From an uncultured virus (IMG/VR IMGVR_UViG_3300022927_000016) (Duplodnaviria; Heunggongvirae; Uroviricota; Caudoviricetes): DNA of 64,000 nt. A program made the position numbers and the translations under genes. The stretch lies in the IMG/VR virus record IMGVR_UViG_3300022927_000016; one strand, 5' to 3'. A model generated the notes under the pieces. The model worked only from the letters and a program-made list of their open reading frames with translations, did not search any database and had not been told where the DNA came from. Of the stretch, positions 28,699-38,441 are shown in pieces. Each line of letters opens with the position of its first letter. Position 1 is the stretch's first letter.

Positions 28699-28725
28699 TA
28701 AAGGCGGCTTTATGTCGCCTTTTTT
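28699..28725 (+). terminator. Rho-independent terminator
   Basis: aaaggcggc-tttat-gtcgccttt then T run after tail tube gene. Confidence 0.8.
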
Positions 28726-28762
28726 ATTATCTGCGTACTTTTTATATTAGATAAATATTAGT

Positions 28763-30118
28763 ATGGCAGACATATCCAAATTTCTTAACAACTTAGCCAG
28801 TGGTGCTCTCAACCCTAAAGGCAATCTTGCAGACTTTCAACATGGCGCAAGATTATATGTTGATGATAATTTTAAATTTGCTCCAAAGCAAAAATTCCTT
28901 TATCATGTTGCATTTAATATTAATCCTCAAGCATCAGCAATTATTCCACAGTTAACACAAAAGCATAGTAATACAATTAATATGCTTGTAAAAAGTGTAG
29001 ACTTGCCTAAGTTTGATATTACTACTGAAGTCAAACACGCATATAATAGAAAACGTGTTTTACAAAAACGTATTGACTATAGTCCATGTAATGTTACATT
29101 CCATGATGACAATTATGGATTAACAACAGCGATGTGGGAAGCATACTATAGATATTATTACAGAGATGGTAACTATGCATCAGTTGATCAAGCAGGTAAT
29201 CCTGAACAAACAGCAACAGCATACAACAGAGGAAACATATACGGAACAGATGCACAAAATAAATTTCGTTATGGTTTTGATAATGACAGTTATAGCCCAT
29301 TCTTTAACAGTATTATTGTATACCAAATGTCAAGGAAAAGATATACAGCATATACGCTAGTTAATCCGATAATTCAAAGTTGGCAACACGATACTATGGA
29401 TCAGTCTGTAAGTGATCCTGTACAAAGTACTATGTCAATTCAATTTGAAACAGTTTGGTATTCGCGAGGTCCAGTGTCAAAAGGGTCAGCACCAAAAGGA
29501 TTTGCAACAGAACATTACGACCAAACTCCAAGTCCACTAACATTGGCTGGTGGAGGAACATCAAGTTTATTCGGTGTTGGAGGAGTTGCGTCTGGTACCG
29601 CTGATGTATTTGATGATATTACTAGTGGCAGAGCATTTAGTTCTCCGGGGGCACTATTAGGTACAGTATTAAAAGCAGGTAATATTGCTAAAAATGTCAA
29701 GTCTTTAAGTAAAGACGGTTTAAGACAAGAAGGATTTCAAATTTTAAAAGGAGCGTTAGGAGACATAAGTGGTGCACCAGTTGGCGGCGTTGCAAATTCA
29801 TTGTTTCCAAAGTCAGCAGGCAATGGAGGATTGAACAATGTTGTTACAGCAATCGCAGGAGTAAGTGCAGTTGCTAAAATTGCTTCACTAGCACAAACAA
29901 CTAGTTTATCAGATGCTAAAGCGGCTCTCGAAGCAAATCCAGATGCATTAGCAGACTTAACAAAGTCAACAACATTTAAAAAGACACACCTAGCAGGAGG
30001 AGGCGATCCTAGTGTCAATGCTATTAATAATGCATGGGAAACTACTAGTGCCTCATTTAAGACTGCTCAGAATAATGAAACGTTAAATAACTTAGGAAAC
30101 ATAATTAAAGGTGCATAA
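28763..30118 (+). CDS. Tube-fold baseplate / tail tube initiator protein (gp48/gp54-like)
   Basis: VKSVDLPKF......YNRK....I.Y.P...FHDD tube-like N-domain plus Gly/Ala-rich tail. Confidence 0.6.
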   Translation: MADISKFLNNLASGALNPKGNLADFQHGARLYVDDNFKFAPKQKFLYHVAFNINPQASAIIPQLTQKHSNTINMLVKSVDLPKFDITTEVKHAYNRKRVLQKRIDYSPCNVTFHDDNYGLTTAMWEAYYRYYYRDGNYASVDQAGNPEQTATAYNRGNIYGTDAQNKFRYGFDNDSYSPFFNSIIVYQMSRKRYTAYTLVNPIIQSWQHDTMDQSVSDPVQSTMSIQFETVWYSRGPVSKGSAPKGFATEHYDQTPSPLTLAGGGTSSLFGVGGVASGTADVFDDITSGRAFSSPGALLGTVLKAGNIAKNVKSLSKDGLRQEGFQILKGALGDISGAPVGGVANSLFPKSAGNGGLNNVVTAIAGVSAVAKIASLAQTTSLSDAKAALEANPDALADLTKSTTFKKTHLAGGGDPSVNAINNAWETTSASFKTAQNNETLNNLGNIIKGA

Positions 30119-30486
30119 TGGCTAGTAACTTACCAAAGACACAATCAAGAGACAGCGCAAGTGAAGTAAAGCAATTTTATAATCAGTATTTTACTGACTT
30201 TATTAATTTTCCTTCAAATGATGTTGACGCAGTAATTGGATTTTTTGAAAATAGAGGATTTAGTAAAACAGGCGCCATTGCAGTTGGAACTGTGCTACTC
30301 CAACAAGCAAAGTTAGACGGTATTAAAGTTTTTGAATTATTAGATACATTAAAGCAAACTGATCAAGTACAATTAAGCAGTGTAGTTACAGAAGTATTAA
30401 ACTACAATAGAGAAAAAATTTCTACACTAGGTTATAAAGTTGATAATACTTCAAATAGAATCGAAGCACGAAATATAGAGGTGTAG
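30118..30486 (+). CDS. Hypothetical virion morphogenesis protein
   Basis: Coupled ORF in late operon; no motif recognised. Confidence 0.5.
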   Translation: MASNLPKTQSRDSASEVKQFYNQYFTDFINFPSNDVDAVIGFFENRGFSKTGAIAVGTVLLQQAKLDGIKVFELLDTLKQTDQVQLSSVVTEVLNYNREKISTLGYKVDNTSNRIEARNIEV

Positions 30487-30487
30487 C

Positions 30488-30928
30488 ATGGCTAAATTTG
30501 CCCAAGGGCGATATAACCTCAAAAATCCAGACAAATACGTAGGACGCAAAACACCACTATATAGAAGTAGTTGGGAATTTGCTTTTATGAAGTTCTGTGA
30601 TGAAAATCCCAATGTTGCTAAGTGGGCCAGTGAAGCAGTTAAGATACCTTATCTTAATCCGTTAACAGGTAAACACACAGTTTATGTTCCAGACTTCTTT
30701 ATTGCATATGCAGATAAGAATGGCAAACAACGTGCAGAAGTAATTGAAGTAAAACCGGATAATCAAACTACACTTGAAAGTGCAGGACGTAATAAGTATA
30801 AACAAGCACAAGTAGTACTTAATATGGCTAAATGGGAAGCCGCTAGAGCATGGTGTAGAGATAAAGGACTATTTTTTAGAGTAATTACTGAAAAGGATAT
30901 GTTCCATCAAGGAACACGTAAAGGCTAA
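30488..30928 (+). CDS. Head completion nuclease, T4 gp4-like (TnsA-like PD-(D/E)xK)
   Basis: G.Y..KNPDKY.G....YRSSWE..FM..CD.NP....W.SE...IPY, Y.PDF, IEVKP, N.AKWEAA. Confidence 0.92.
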   Translation: MAKFAQGRYNLKNPDKYVGRKTPLYRSSWEFAFMKFCDENPNVAKWASEAVKIPYLNPLTGKHTVYVPDFFIAYADKNGKQRAEVIEVKPDNQTTLESAGRNKYKQAQVVLNMAKWEAARAWCRDKGLFFRVITEKDMFHQGTRKG

Positions 30929-30958
30929 ATAATAGTAGCATATAATGGATTTTAAGTT

Positions 30959-31450
30959 ATGAAGAAACTAGAAGAATTGCTTAATTTGCCCGAGTCTAAA
31001 GAAATTGTAGACGAAGCAAAATCTGAAGCAAAAGCAGAAGCAAAAACGGCTGTTATTGAACGTGAAGAAACACAGCGTAGTATTGCTGAATTAGATAAGA
31101 TTAGTTCTGCACTTCCACAAGTTAAAGGCCTAGGAGAAATGGCTGATAAAGAACTTAATGAAGTTGCAGATAAAGCCATGCAAGCATACGAAGATCTAAT
31201 GGACTTGGGTATGAATGTAGAAAGCCGTTATAGTGGTAGAGTTTTTGAAGTAGCCGGCGGTATGCTTAAAACTAGTTTAGATGCTAAAGTTGCTAAGTTA
31301 GATAAGAAACTTAAAATGGTAGAATTGCAACTTAAAAAAGAAAAACAAGATAAAGACGGTGGAAACGACGATGATCTAGTTTCAGGTGAAGGATATGTAG
31401 TTGCAGACCGAAATAGTTTACTTGAAAAATTGAAAAACATGGATAAATAA
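30959..31450 (+). CDS. Probable terminase small subunit (gp16-like)
   Basis: Helical core D.E...A...YEDL...G...E.R...RVFEVA..ML, coiled coil; upstream of large terminase. Confidence 0.55.
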   Translation: MKKLEELLNLPESKEIVDEAKSEAKAEAKTAVIEREETQRSIAELDKISSALPQVKGLGEMADKELNEVADKAMQAYEDLMDLGMNVESRYSGRVFEVAGGMLKTSLDAKVAKLDKKLKMVELQLKKEKQDKDGGNDDDLVSGEGYVVADRNSLLEKLKNMDK

Positions 31451-31470
31451 CATTGTAATAGGAAACGGAT

Positions 31471-32037
31471 ATGAAATTATACAGCGAATATTTAACAGAA
31501 GCATACAACAATAAAACTTACGAGTTTAAGATTGGTGTTGCTGGCGACAACGATGGTGTTGCAGATAAACTTGAAATGTGTCTTAAAAAGTTTGGAGTTA
31601 CAAATATTACTCCAGGCAAAAAAACACCAATTCAAGAACGCCCACTAGATTTTCCACAGTTGCAAAACGAAGAAGTAACTTATTACGAAGCAACTATTAC
31701 ATATCCAACACACGCTGAAGCATTACAAGAGTATCTAGGTTATAATATTGGTAAATCACAATCACACATTATGGTACGCAATATGAATGCTCCACAAGAA
31801 GTTTATCAAGAGATTAACGATGCACCATATGAAATAAAACTTACTAAAGAAGATATGGGTGGCGAATCAGCACAAGAAAATGTTGGAAACAACAGAGTTA
31901 TGGATTTGCTTAAAGAGTTAGAAACTGCTCGTAAAGAACACGAGTACGATCCAACTGCTACTGCAAAGACTATTACATCAGACCAACCAAAAACAGAAAT
32001 GACTGACGTTAAGTCTAAAAGTCCAATAGGGAGTTAA
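31471..32037 (+). CDS. Putative internal head protein with capsid-targeting-like N-terminus
   Basis: N-terminus MKLYSEYLTE/A resembles T4 internal-protein CTS; late promoter upstream. Confidence 0.5.
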   Translation: MKLYSEYLTEAYNNKTYEFKIGVAGDNDGVADKLEMCLKKFGVTNITPGKKTPIQERPLDFPQLQNEEVTYYEATITYPTHAEALQEYLGYNIGKSQSHIMVRNMNAPQEVYQEINDAPYEIKLTKEDMGGESAQENVGNNRVMDLLKELETARKEHEYDPTATAKTITSDQPKTEMTDVKSKSPIGS

Positions 32038-32039
32038 TT

Positions 32040-32840
32040 ATGAGATTAGATGACATTTACAAAAAGATTCAGCAATTGGACGAGGCGATGAATGAAGCCG
32101 CTTCTGCTTCGATTAATATGTCAGGCGACAATGCTGAGGACGTTATAAAATTAATGAATGCACTTAAAGGTGGTTCGGGCGCAGATTCAATTGACAGTAT
32201 TCCAACTGCAATTAAGAAACCAGTTGCACCTATGCCTGTTATGGGTCCACCAGATATGAGCGACGACATGGCTAAGTTAAGAGACATTGTAGACGGTCCA
32301 AAAGATAGAGATCAATTGAAGCCGGGCATACAGGGAGAACCATGTAAGATTTGCGGTAAAGATCATTTAGGCAATTCAGGATGTGGAGAAGATATTGAAA
32401 CAAGTGAAGGCGCTGGCGTAAGTTTAGATCAAGCACGTGAATACTTTTTTGATAAGCATGACTTTGCTGATGAAAATGTTCAAGGCGAATATGACGAAAT
32501 GGCAAGCAAAATGTCTCCAGAAGATGCTGAGACACTTAAAAAAGAACTTGAAGAATTTTATCCTGATGTTACTTTTGAAGGTTATGCTAACGAGCCAGAT
32601 GAAAGTTATCAAGATCAGCATTATATGACTAAAGATTTATCAGGCGGTAGTGAACAAGGTCAAAAGAAATCATATCCAAAAGCGGCTGGCGGAGATAATC
32701 CAATGGCACTAGAGGCTGAAATTGCAAAAAGTTTAGCGGCACAGTTAAAAACATTTATGTCTGAAGGTAAAGGCTGTGAATGTAATGACGGCGGCTCATG
32801 TGATTGCGACGATAGTTGCGAAGATTGTAGTTGTAAATAG
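32040..32840 (+). CDS. Acidic putative internal head / core protein with Cys-rich C-terminus
   Basis: Very D/E-rich; several xxE/(A,G) junctions; ends CECNDGGSCDCDDSCEDCSCK. Confidence 0.5.
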   Translation: MRLDDIYKKIQQLDEAMNEAASASINMSGDNAEDVIKLMNALKGGSGADSIDSIPTAIKKPVAPMPVMGPPDMSDDMAKLRDIVDGPKDRDQLKPGIQGEPCKICGKDHLGNSGCGEDIETSEGAGVSLDQAREYFFDKHDFADENVQGEYDEMASKMSPEDAETLKKELEEFYPDVTFEGYANEPDESYQDQHYMTKDLSGGSEQGQKKSYPKAAGGDNPMALEAEIAKSLAAQLKTFMSEGKGCECNDGGSCDCDDSCEDCSCK

Positions 32841-32859
32841 TTTACTCAAAGGCTATTTC

Positions 32860-32887
32860 AAATAGGGCCTCCGGGCCCTATTTTTTT
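32860..32887 (+). terminator. Rho-independent terminator
   Basis: aatagggcc-tccg-ggccctatt then T7. Confidence 0.85.
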
Positions 32888-32901
32888 GAGTAAATACTAG
32901 T

Positions 32902-34494
32902 ATGGCAAACAAAAGTTTAGACGGTGTACTAACTAAGAAAGCACACCAAAAAGAAAAGTTTACACAAGTACAGATTGAGGATTTGGCTAACTGTATGGAT
33001 CCTGAATCGGGGTATCTATATTTTGCTAGGAAGTTCTTCTATATTCAACATCCTGTAAAAGGTAAAGTGTTGTTTGAACCTTATGATTATCAAACACGAC
33101 TACTTTCAAGTTATCACGATCATCGATTTAATATTAATATGTTACCTAGACAGAGCGGAAAGACTACTACTGCCGCAGGATATCTATTATGGTATGCAAT
33201 GTTTCATCCAGACCAAACAATTCTAATTGCCGCTCACAAATATACAGGTGCCCAAGAAATTATGCAACGTATTAGATACGGATATGAACTGTGTCCTGAT
33301 CACATACGTGCTGGAGTTGTTAACTATAATAAAGGGTCAATGGAATTTGAAAATGGATCACGTATTGTAGCACAAACAACCACAGGCAACACAGGACGTG
33401 GTATGAGTATCTCATTACTATACTGTGACGAGTTTGCGTTTGTGCAACCTAACATTGCTACAGACTTTTGGACTTCGATATCACCTACACTAGCAACTGG
33501 TGGTCGTGCTATTATTACAAGCACACCAAACTCAGACGAAGATACATTTGCTATTATTTGGAAAGAATCTCAAAACAAATTTGATGAACACGGCAACGAA
33601 CAACAAGTAGGTATTAATGGTTTCCATGGGTTTACTGCATCCTGGGACGAACATCCTGATCGAGATGATGAATGGAAGAAAACTGAATTAGGACGTATCG
33701 GAGAAGAAAGATTCCGTCGTGAGTATGGTTGTGAATTCTTAGTATTTGATGAAACACTAATTAATTCAATTAAACTTGCGTCAATGGAAGGTAACGATCC
33801 AATTGAGAATATGGGCCAAATACGTTGGTATAAAAAATTAGATCCAACACAAACTTACACAATTAGTTTAGATCCTGCTATGGGCACAGGCGGTGATTAC
33901 TCTGCTATCCAAGTGTTTGAAGTTCCTTCATACAAACAAGTTGCAGAATGGAGACACAACACAACTCCTATTACTGGGCAAGTTAGAATACTAAAAGAAA
34001 TTTGTGACTATATTAAAGAAACAACTAGGAATAATACTGCTAGTAACATTTATTGGAGTATAGAAAATAACACAATTGGAGAAGCGGCTTTAATTGTTGT
34101 TCAGGATATTGGCGAAGAAAATATACCAGGGCTATTTGTAAGTGAACCTATGCGTAAAGGACACGTTAGAAAATTCCGTAAAGGATTTAATACTACCCAT
34201 GCTACTAAAATTAGTGCTTGTGCTAAATTAAAGAGTATGGTAGAATCAGATCTTATGACGATTAACAGTAAAGCATTAATATCAGAACTTAAAGGATTTG
34301 TAGCAAGTGGAACAAGTTTTAAAGCAAAGCCGGGTGAAACTGACGATTTAATCAGTGCAACACTACTGGCATTAAGAATGATGAAAGTTTTAAAGGACTG
34401 GGATCCTAGAGTGTACAATACATTTAAGCAAGATCACGTAGATGGAGAGGATTATGAGCCGCCGATGCCAATTTTTGTATCTTCCGGCTTCTAG
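32902..34494 (+). CDS. Terminase large subunit (gp17-like)
   Basis: PRQSGKTT Walker A, LLYCDEFAF Walker B, TSTPN, FRREYGCEF, DPAMG.GGDYS nuclease, DDL. Confidence 0.97.
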   Translation: MANKSLDGVLTKKAHQKEKFTQVQIEDLANCMDPESGYLYFARKFFYIQHPVKGKVLFEPYDYQTRLLSSYHDHRFNINMLPRQSGKTTTAAGYLLWYAMFHPDQTILIAAHKYTGAQEIMQRIRYGYELCPDHIRAGVVNYNKGSMEFENGSRIVAQTTTGNTGRGMSISLLYCDEFAFVQPNIATDFWTSISPTLATGGRAIITSTPNSDEDTFAIIWKESQNKFDEHGNEQQVGINGFHGFTASWDEHPDRDDEWKKTELGRIGEERFRREYGCEFLVFDETLINSIKLASMEGNDPIENMGQIRWYKKLDPTQTYTISLDPAMGTGGDYSAIQVFEVPSYKQVAEWRHNTTPITGQVRILKEICDYIKETTRNNTASNIYWSIENNTIGEAALIVVQDIGEENIPGLFVSEPMRKGHVRKFRKGFNTTHATKISACAKLKSMVESDLMTINSKALISELKGFVASGTSFKAKPGETDDLISATLLALRMMKVLKDWDPRVYNTFKQDHVDGEDYEPPMPIFVSSGF

Positions 34495-34506
34495 ATAAAT
34501 ACTAAT

Positions 34507-37278
34507 ATGTTAAACTTAGACAAAATTGCAGAAGAACTTTTTAATAAGATTAGAGGTCGTTATCCTAAAGTAACACTAGGAGACGAAAACTCTCTTATTA
34601 CAAATGTGCCAAATAAAGCACGATTTTTTGATTTTGAGTTTAGTAAAGGAAATAAAGTAAATATTACTGTTGACGAAAAATCAGTAACTGTACTATATAA
34701 TAACAAATTACTATCAGATGACAGCAAAATTCAAAAAGAAGACTGGTATGGTTTTATGAAAGAATTAAGAGTTTTTGCTAAAAAGCGTATGCTTAATTTT
34801 GATACTCGAGATATTACTAAAACAAACTTAGATAAAAGAGATTATCAGTACATAGCAACAAATAGACCCGGAGAAGAAAAAATGAGTGAAAGTAAGATGT
34901 ATGGAACTAGTAGAACTAGTTTCCAAGATTTAGGAAATGCTAGACTTGTAGTCAAGCATAGAAATGCAGTTGATCAAGAAAATCCTGCAGGACGTACACA
35001 ACAAATTGATAGCATTTATATTGAAAGCAGTGAGGGTGAAAGATTTAAATATCCTTACAGACATCTCAACGGTGCAAGAGCAATGGCTATGCACGTTTCA
35101 GAAGGTGGCAATGCATATGACACATTTGGTAAGCACATCGTATCACTCAGCGAAGAACTTAGCAAACTACGTCAATTCAAAACTTATATGAATCGTTCAA
35201 GTGTAATGGCTGAGGGTCTTGCTGGTTACATGGACATTGTTAATGAAAGAATTGACACTGTTAAAGAAACAGTTTTTAAATTACAAAGACAAAATTATTA
35301 CAAAGAAGCATTTGAATCATTTGAAGAAACAGTAATGGAAGAAGTACCAACTGACGTAAGTTCAAACTGGATTGATGAATTAACTATTCGTCAATTTAAT
35401 GAAGAACTAAAAAGTGTATTCCCTTACATTTATAATCTTGTTAAAGAAAATACAAAACCTACACAGATTGGTCCGGAAGATTTGTTAGGCGAAGAAAAAT
35501 TAGATTTTAGTGACAAGAATAAAGAACTATCTATGTGGCTGGCAAAGTATGACGAATACACCGGCGGCAATGGTGATGGATTACCTATGGGCTGGATCAA
35601 AGCCATGACATCAACTGGGATTGTAAGTGATGGATATGAGCAAGACGAACTTATAGCATTTGAAAAGAAAATTGGCAAAGAAGAATCCGAGTGGGAAGAT
35701 GCAGAATGGGATGAATTTAGAAAGCCTGAAAATTCTCCAATCACTTCAAAAATGTTTGCAGACTTAGCAAAGATTATCGGCACAGACGATCATGATGAAG
35801 ATGTTGCTCGTGCTGTCAGCGATGCATTAAGTATCGGCGAAGGTGAAACAAATAAAGCAGACAGCATGAACATGGAAGAAGCAGATGATGGTAAGAAAGA
35901 ACAACTCCAGGCATGGTATGAAAAGTATAACCAATATGACCCTGCAGACATCGGTAGTTTAGCAGACGGTATGTTTAAGTTCTTTCAAGATTCGGGTGTG
36001 GATTTAGACACAGTCGAAAAAAGTGAATACGATGCACTCGTAGCAAAACACGGCGAAGACAAAATAGAAGGTAATGCCTTGAGATTTTTAAGTGATGAGG
36101 ATACACCTATCACTAAAGCAATGTTCGACGAGTTTGAAAGAATAATGGGCGAACCTGCAGATGAAGAAAGTTCAGAAAAAGCGGTATCATTGCTGGGACT
36201 GGATGAAGGTATGAACATGGAAGATGCATATGCTTCACACTTAGACAATATAGTTGCTACATCAAAACACGAGCAAGGTCCAGAACAAAACGAAGGCTCA
36301 GTACCTAACTACCTTGACAGCGAATGGAAAGATAAGTTAGCGGCTTGTGCTAAAGGTGAAGAAGGCGGTGAAGACGCAGTGTGCGATATGCTGGATAAGT
36401 TTGATATTCCAAAAGACAAAGCCGGCGATTTAATTCAAAAACAAATTGACAAAAAGTTTAAAGGCATTGGAGTAATGTTTAAAAATCCATTGAAAGCGGA
36501 TCCTGAATGGGACAACCTACAAAAATTAGTTGATCGCTTAAAAGGCAAAAGTATGGGCGAAGGCAACGAATTTGCACAAAAGGTACAAGCACTAAAAGCC
36601 AAAGGTGCTAAGCCAGGAACTAAATTCAAAACATCAGACGGTGAAGAACATACACTCGAAGATGCTATTAGATTAGCAGGACTACAAGTTGAAGACTTTT
36701 GGACTGCTGAAGAATTAGTATCTGAAAGCGAACTTCCAAAAAGTCCCAAAGTATTAAAACTTGTTATTGATGATTTGAAAAAATTTAAAGCGGAACAAGA
36801 AGAAGCAAAAAAACAAGGCTATGACGAAGATGTAAGAATGATGCAAGGTCGAATTGACGATATGATGGACATTGCAAATCTTATAAAGGATGGTGGTCCT
36901 ATAGCCGCTTTGGATACATCAGTACAGGACCTTATTGTAGATTACTACGAAAAAGCAGGTGAGCCGTTACCATTTGCAAAAGAAGCAGATGATGACACTA
37001 TGGATATCAAAATTGACAAAGACGGTGCGTTATCAAAAGCAGATGCTCCAGACAAGTTACACGATAAAGAAGAATTACCTTTAGATGAGTTTATCAAAGG
37101 ACACTTTGATTACACTTCTAATCAATTCCCTAAAGGTGAAACTGCGGTCATGACAGCAGTTGAAAAGAAGTATGGTGACGAAGCAATAAAAGATGCTATG
37201 AACATCATGAAGGAATTGGTTACAAATCAAGATGAAGAGATGGCAAGAATTAAGACTTTAGCGGGTTTGGCTCACTAA
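34507..37278 (+). CDS. Large acidic putative internal head / core protein with modular inserts
   Basis: 923 aa; globular-looking N-half, acidic modular C-half with internal duplication, ends RIKTLAGLAH; late promoter upstream. Confidence 0.55.
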   Translation: MLNLDKIAEELFNKIRGRYPKVTLGDENSLITNVPNKARFFDFEFSKGNKVNITVDEKSVTVLYNNKLLSDDSKIQKEDWYGFMKELRVFAKKRMLNFDTRDITKTNLDKRDYQYIATNRPGEEKMSESKMYGTSRTSFQDLGNARLVVKHRNAVDQENPAGRTQQIDSIYIESSEGERFKYPYRHLNGARAMAMHVSEGGNAYDTFGKHIVSLSEELSKLRQFKTYMNRSSVMAEGLAGYMDIVNERIDTVKETVFKLQRQNYYKEAFESFEETVMEEVPTDVSSNWIDELTIRQFNEELKSVFPYIYNLVKENTKPTQIGPEDLLGEEKLDFSDKNKELSMWLAKYDEYTGGNGDGLPMGWIKAMTSTGIVSDGYEQDELIAFEKKIGKEESEWEDAEWDEFRKPENSPITSKMFADLAKIIGTDDHDEDVARAVSDALSIGEGETNKADSMNMEEADDGKKEQLQAWYEKYNQYDPADIGSLADGMFKFFQDSGVDLDTVEKSEYDALVAKHGEDKIEGNALRFLSDEDTPITKAMFDEFERIMGEPADEESSEKAVSLLGLDEGMNMEDAYASHLDNIVATSKHEQGPEQNEGSVPNYLDSEWKDKLAACAKGEEGGEDAVCDMLDKFDIPKDKAGDLIQKQIDKKFKGIGVMFKNPLKADPEWDNLQKLVDRLKGKSMGEGNEFAQKVQALKAKGAKPGTKFKTSDGEEHTLEDAIRLAGLQVEDFWTAEELVSESELPKSPKVLKLVIDDLKKFKAEQEEAKKQGYDEDVRMMQGRIDDMMDIANLIKDGGPIAALDTSVQDLIVDYYEKAGEPLPFAKEADDDTMDIKIDKDGALSKADAPDKLHDKEELPLDEFIKGHFDYTSNQFPKGETAVMTAVEKKYGDEAIKDAMNIMKELVTNQDEEMARIKTLAGLAH
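35491..36228 (+). repeat. Tandem duplication of ~120-aa module in 34507..37278
   Basis: KELSMWLAKYDEY...SPITSKMF...AVS..L..EG..MNMEEA versus KEQLQAWYEKYNQY...TPITKAMF...AVS.L..EGMNMEDA. Confidence 0.75.
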
Positions 37279-37302
37279 GTCACTTTTTTGACAAAGTTTC
37301 AC

Positions 37303-37331
37303 TTGACTTTATAAGTAAGTTTGTGTATTAT
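37303..37331 (+). promoter_or_regulatory. Sigma70-type promoter for ssb-uvsX-uvsY
   Basis: TTGACT-17 nt-TATTAT with TG extension. Confidence 0.75.
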
Positions 37332-37400
37332 AGTAAATGTACTGCACAATCTAGGCAATACAATAACAGCCAAAGGCAAATAACATAGGAGGCTTTAATT

Positions 37401-38390
37401 ATGGCAACATTAGCAGAAATTCGTGCTAAACTAAAAGAACAAGAATCACGCACAGGTGGTTCTAATCAATCAACAAGCGGCGACAACGCCATTTACCCAT
37501 TTTGGAACTTAAAGGAAGGCGAGCAGTCAACTGTACGTTTCTTACCTGATGGTGACGAAAATAACACTTTCTTTTGGAAAGAGCGTTTGATGATCAAACT
37601 ACCTTTCGCAGGTGTTAAGGGTGAAACAGACTCACGTCCAGTTCAAGTACAAGTACCATGTATGGAAATGTATGGTGAATCTTGTCCAATCCTAAGCGAA
37701 GTTCGCGGATGGTTTAAAGATCCAACTCTAGAAGATATGGGTCGTAAGTATTGGAAAAAGCGTTCATACGTATTCCAAGGTTTTGTAACTGAGAACGGTC
37801 TTAATGAAGACAAAACTCCAGAAAATCCAATCAGACGTTTTATTATTGGTCCACAAATTTTCCAAATCATTAAGGGTGCATTAATGGATCCTGAAATGGA
37901 AGAACTACCAACTGATTATACAGCAGGAGTAGACTTTAGACTTATTAAAACTTCTAAAGGCGGCTATGCTGATTACTCAACATCACAATGGTCACGTAGA
38001 GAGCGTCCATTAACTGATGCAGAGATGCAAGCAGTTAACACAAATGGATTGTTTAACATGAGCGACTTTTTACCTAAGAAACCAGGTGAAGTAGAAGTTA
38101 AAGTAATGCAAGAAATGTTCCAAGCATCAGTTGACGGTGAAGCATATGATCCGGAACGTTGGGGACAGTACTTCCGTCCAGCAGGGATGGCGGCACGTAC
38201 AGGTGATCCGAATACTCAATCATCTGCTCCGACTACACCAGTATCGACAGCACCAGAGGCTACAACTACACCAGTAGTAGAAGCACCTGCGGCGCCAGCA
38301 CCAGAAGTAGCACCGGTGTCGGCACCAGCAAGCGATAATGGTAAAGCCGAAGATATCTTGGCAATGATCCGTTCACGTCAAGCACAGTAA
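37401..38390 (+). CDS. Single-stranded DNA binding protein (T4 gp32-like)
   Basis: VRFLPD, C.....E.CP, G.QIF..I, GVDF...K...GGYADY..S; Pro/Ala linker; strong SD aggagg. Confidence 0.88.
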   Translation: MATLAEIRAKLKEQESRTGGSNQSTSGDNAIYPFWNLKEGEQSTVRFLPDGDENNTFFWKERLMIKLPFAGVKGETDSRPVQVQVPCMEMYGESCPILSEVRGWFKDPTLEDMGRKYWKKRSYVFQGFVTENGLNEDKTPENPIRRFIIGPQIFQIIKGALMDPEMEELPTDYTAGVDFRLIKTSKGGYADYSTSQWSRRERPLTDAEMQAVNTNGLFNMSDFLPKKPGEVEVKVMQEMFQASVDGEAYDPERWGQYFRPAGMAARTGDPNTQSSAPTTPVSTAPEATTTPVVEAPAAPAPEVAPVSAPASDNGKAEDILAMIRSRQAQ

Positions 38391-38398
38391 TAATAATT

Positions 38399-38424
38399 AA
38401 AGGGTGGCTTCGGTCACCCTTTTT
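38399..38424 (+). terminator. Rho-independent terminator
   Basis: aagggtggc-TTCG-gtcaccctt then T run. Confidence 0.85.
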
Positions 38425-38441
38425 ATGCTAAAGGAGAAACC

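Noticed and set aside
30488..30928. TnsA-like nuclease as evidence of a Tn7-type transposon
   Set aside because: Motifs and context fit the T4 gp4 head-completion protein; no tnsB/tnsC or terminal repeats.
24999..36749. Many antisense ORFs within sheath, terminase and 923-aa genes (and similar ones elsewhere)
   Set aside because: They mirror the sense frame, have low-complexity S/P/V/L translations and no motifs, which is typical of codon-bias shadows.
36661..37278. LAGL motifs as LAGLIDADG homing endonuclease
   Set aside because: Not followed by an xDxDG-like sequence and the context is acidic and helical.
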